Under the pieces are notes generated by a model that saw only the letters and a list, made by a program, of their open reading frames with translations, did no database searches and had not been told where the DNA came from. The translations under genes were made by a program, and so were the position numbers. DNA of 63,349 nt, counting the filler, from Diploschistes diacapsis (taxonomy: Eukaryota), in NCBI GenBank assembly GCA_023645945.1. It is 19 parts of 19 records of this genome, joined end to end, with 100 filler letters (N's around TTAATTAATTAA, not from the genome) between each part and the next. Parts side by side here need not be neighbours in the genome. Positions count along the whole stretch, not along the records: positions 59,141 to 61,195 come from JALAIB010002404.1; positions 61,296 to 63,349 come from JALAIB010002405.1; 17 more parts are not named here. The stretch is one strand, 5' to 3'. Of this stretch, positions 60,846-63,349 are shown piece after piece (the first letter of the stretch is position 1; each line of letters opens with the position of its first letter).

Positions 60846-62443
60846 ATTATAATTGCGTTAAGATAATATTGATTTATCGCTGTTAAAATATCTTTCCTAA
60901 CGATCTTGTTCCTTAATCTATAATCTCGAACGAAGTGACTTATCTTACTACATTTAAAGCATTTCTTTCCTTTAATTAAAGGTTTCTCGTTAAATCCTTT
61001 AGCTCCTATCTTTTAATTAGGCCGGGGTTTGTTAATTAAAGCATCGAGATTCATAACGTCGTTGTTTATATATCTTATATTTTATGTATTCTTTATATAA
61101 TTAATACGATAACGAAGTTCTAGTTTAGTAGTCTTACTTCGATTAAAACGACGTTCTTATTTTTAATTAAATAAACTGTTATTTATAGTTATTATNNNNN
61201 NNNNNNNNNNNNNNNNNNNNNNNNNNNNNNNNNNNNNNNTTAATTAATTAANNNNNNNNNNNNNNNNNNNNNNNNNNNNNNNNNNNNNNNNNNNNGGTCT
61301 CGAGAGTTTTTCGCCAGAAGGCCGCCACGGCTGTTTTTTCTTATGTACTTTTGGTCTGTAGTGACGGGGAAGGGTGTGAGCAGGGCTGTAGATTCTACGT
61401 CTAGTCTATTCCACGAGTGCCCATGAATTTGTTGCCAGAGGCTGTAAGCTATCTTAGGTACCCGTACATAAGGAGGGTAGGTGTTTAAGTGCCCCGCAAC
61501 CATGAAGCCTACCATGACTCAGTGCAGCTGCATTTGTTTTCTGAAGGTGTAGACTAGATACGTTTGTTTTGCCTGTGTACCGGGGACCGGGTAGGCAACT
61601 GAAGTCACCCACCGCCAAGTTCAATGTTTGTCTTGGCCTGTCTCGGGACTTCAAGGCTCAAGACTCTAGAACCTCGGGAAGTCCTCTAGTCTAGATACTT
61701 ACTTTGCAGGTCTTATTCGACTAGACTGCCTAAGCCACTCTTTTGCCGCCGCAAACCAAATCCTCCTTCCACCTGCAGGCCCGGAATCCAGACTCCCTCC
61801 AAAAAACCGTTTTCATGTAAGGCAGGTAGTGTTGGTGGTATCGGTCTTGGCTGGCCACTAGAACGAAATCTTGGAAGCTTGGAAGCCTGGAATCTTGGCA
61901 GACCCATCTAGCTTTGTTGCAACTTTACAAGGTATAATGCTCGATCCCCCTTTGCCTAAGTAGATAGCTGCAGCTGTCACGGTCTTCCGTCCGCCCCCCA
62001 TCTCAGCCGGATCTCTGGAAAGCCAAGATATACCAAGACTTGCCAATGCTCTTGGGACGTCTTGGAAAGCTGCTGTGCTTTTCTTTCTCTCTCTATCTCT
62101 CTCTCTCTTGACTTTTTCCTGGAGAGCTTTTCTTGGATGGGCTGATCATGCCACTGGCTATTTGAGGATGCCCCTCACCTCCCTTTCTTGTCATCTCACT
62201 CTGTTGCTCTACATTCATTACTGCTCGTCACCTGTGCTTGGAAACAGTGAAAGCAACCATCTGCTGTCATGACATCCTCCCATCTCTTAAGCGCCAAGGT
62301 CAATTAAATCTTTTGCTGCGGCCCGATTGGAAAGTTCGATTCTTTTATTGAGTCATTGTTGTGATTGGCATACATGTCTGGATTCTAGAGTAAACCTCCT
62401 GTCTATTTCCTTGAACTTGTCAAACCATCAATCGCTGAAATCT

Positions 62444-63315
62444 ATGTCTGAGCGGGAAAAGGCTTGGCAGTATACGGAAGCCAAGACCAAAGTCGAGCAT
62501 CCTGAACCCGTTCATATAGGCCATCAAGCCTTCCATGATCCAGAGAAGGGGTGGCTTGATGCTTCACAGTCTGGTAGTGGTGGGAGGTCGTGCCGGATAT
62601 CTCAGAATAGCGACGAGTATCATGGCGCCTCAGGAGCCATGCATGTCCATTACTCGTCCACCAACGCTGTGGGTATGACGATAAACGATTATGCGGAGGA
62701 CGAGGAAGAGGACGAAAGCTTGTTCAAGATTCTTGTATGTTGATCCATCGCTTTTGGCTCCTTTTTCCAACTTCCCCTTCCTTCAATTCTCCGTCCCTGG
62801 TTCCTCCTACTTCCTCTACCCTTTTCATCCTCCTCACAACAGTACGTACGGCTCAAGCTAATGAGTTCCAGCTTCACCTCGCCTTTTCTTCCTCATTCAT
62901 AACGGCCTTGTCCAGCATCTACACCCTCCTGACAACGTTCCTTCTACTACTAATTTTCCCCCTCCTCCGACTCCTGTTCGGCGCCCCTTGCCTACCAGGG
63001 CAAATCATCCGTGCCCTCTCGCCTATCCTCAGACTGCAGCTACGCCTAATCAAGTCCACCCCCTTCAACTCCTCTCTCGATCCACCGATTCCTCCGAACG
63101 CCGGCCTCCTTTTCGCCGTGCTCGTGGCGTCGCCCCTCGTTTCCCTGGTTGTCGAAGCAATGGCATGGGTAGCCGGTGCCTTCTGGTTTTACGCCACGAT
63201 CCTCGGGGAGCCGAACCGAGGTCTGGGGAGGGAAAAGGAGGGGAGGGGTGCTGTGAGGTGGGTTAGGAGTGTGTGGGAACGATGGCTGCTGCTGAGCATG
63301 GGAAGTGGCTCGTGA
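62444..63315 (+). CDS. Hypothetical membrane protein (244 aa); exons 62444-62734, 62872-63315
   Basis: Intron 62735-62871 (GTATGT...GCTAAT...CAG) joins an acidic N-terminus to hydrophobic helices ending AWVAGAFWFYATILGEP...VRSVWERWLL. Confidence 0.8.
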
Positions 63316-63349
63316 GAAGTGGGGGTTGTATGTAGCGTTGAGGTGGGGG

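Overview
This is not one locus. It is 19 contigs of a filamentous ascomycete (Pezizomycotina-type introns and RIP-like mutation), concatenated with an artificial 100-nt linker (44 N + TTAATTAATTAA + 44 N), so adjacency across linkers is meaningless. One 24.4-kb gene-rich contig (4352-28771) carries a hexokinase, an OSCA/TMEM63 (CSC1/RSN1-type) channel, three spliced orphan genes (two with unusual Cys/His fingers) and an AtrF-like ABCG/PDR transporter. The 18 contigs of about 2 kb hold a few genes: a DUF3990/ART-like protein, an ankyrin-repeat NLR-like C-terminus, ETP1/BRAP2 and two conserved hypotheticals. They also hold many heavily RIP-mutated, nested transposon relics (Ty3/gypsy, Ty1/copia, Fot1/pogo, hAT) and a RIP-killed NACHT-WD40 gene. 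The most interesting signals are: a 602-bp TRIM mini-retrotransposon with a self-priming-type PBS; a foldback MITE/Fot1 family with three alternative TIR cores nested inside each other; a CpG-sparing RIP spectrum with RIP-refractory LTR repeats; the ART-like protein; and NLR repeat arrays under RIP. Gene models were built by eye from splice signals and family calls come from motif recognition; no searches were run.
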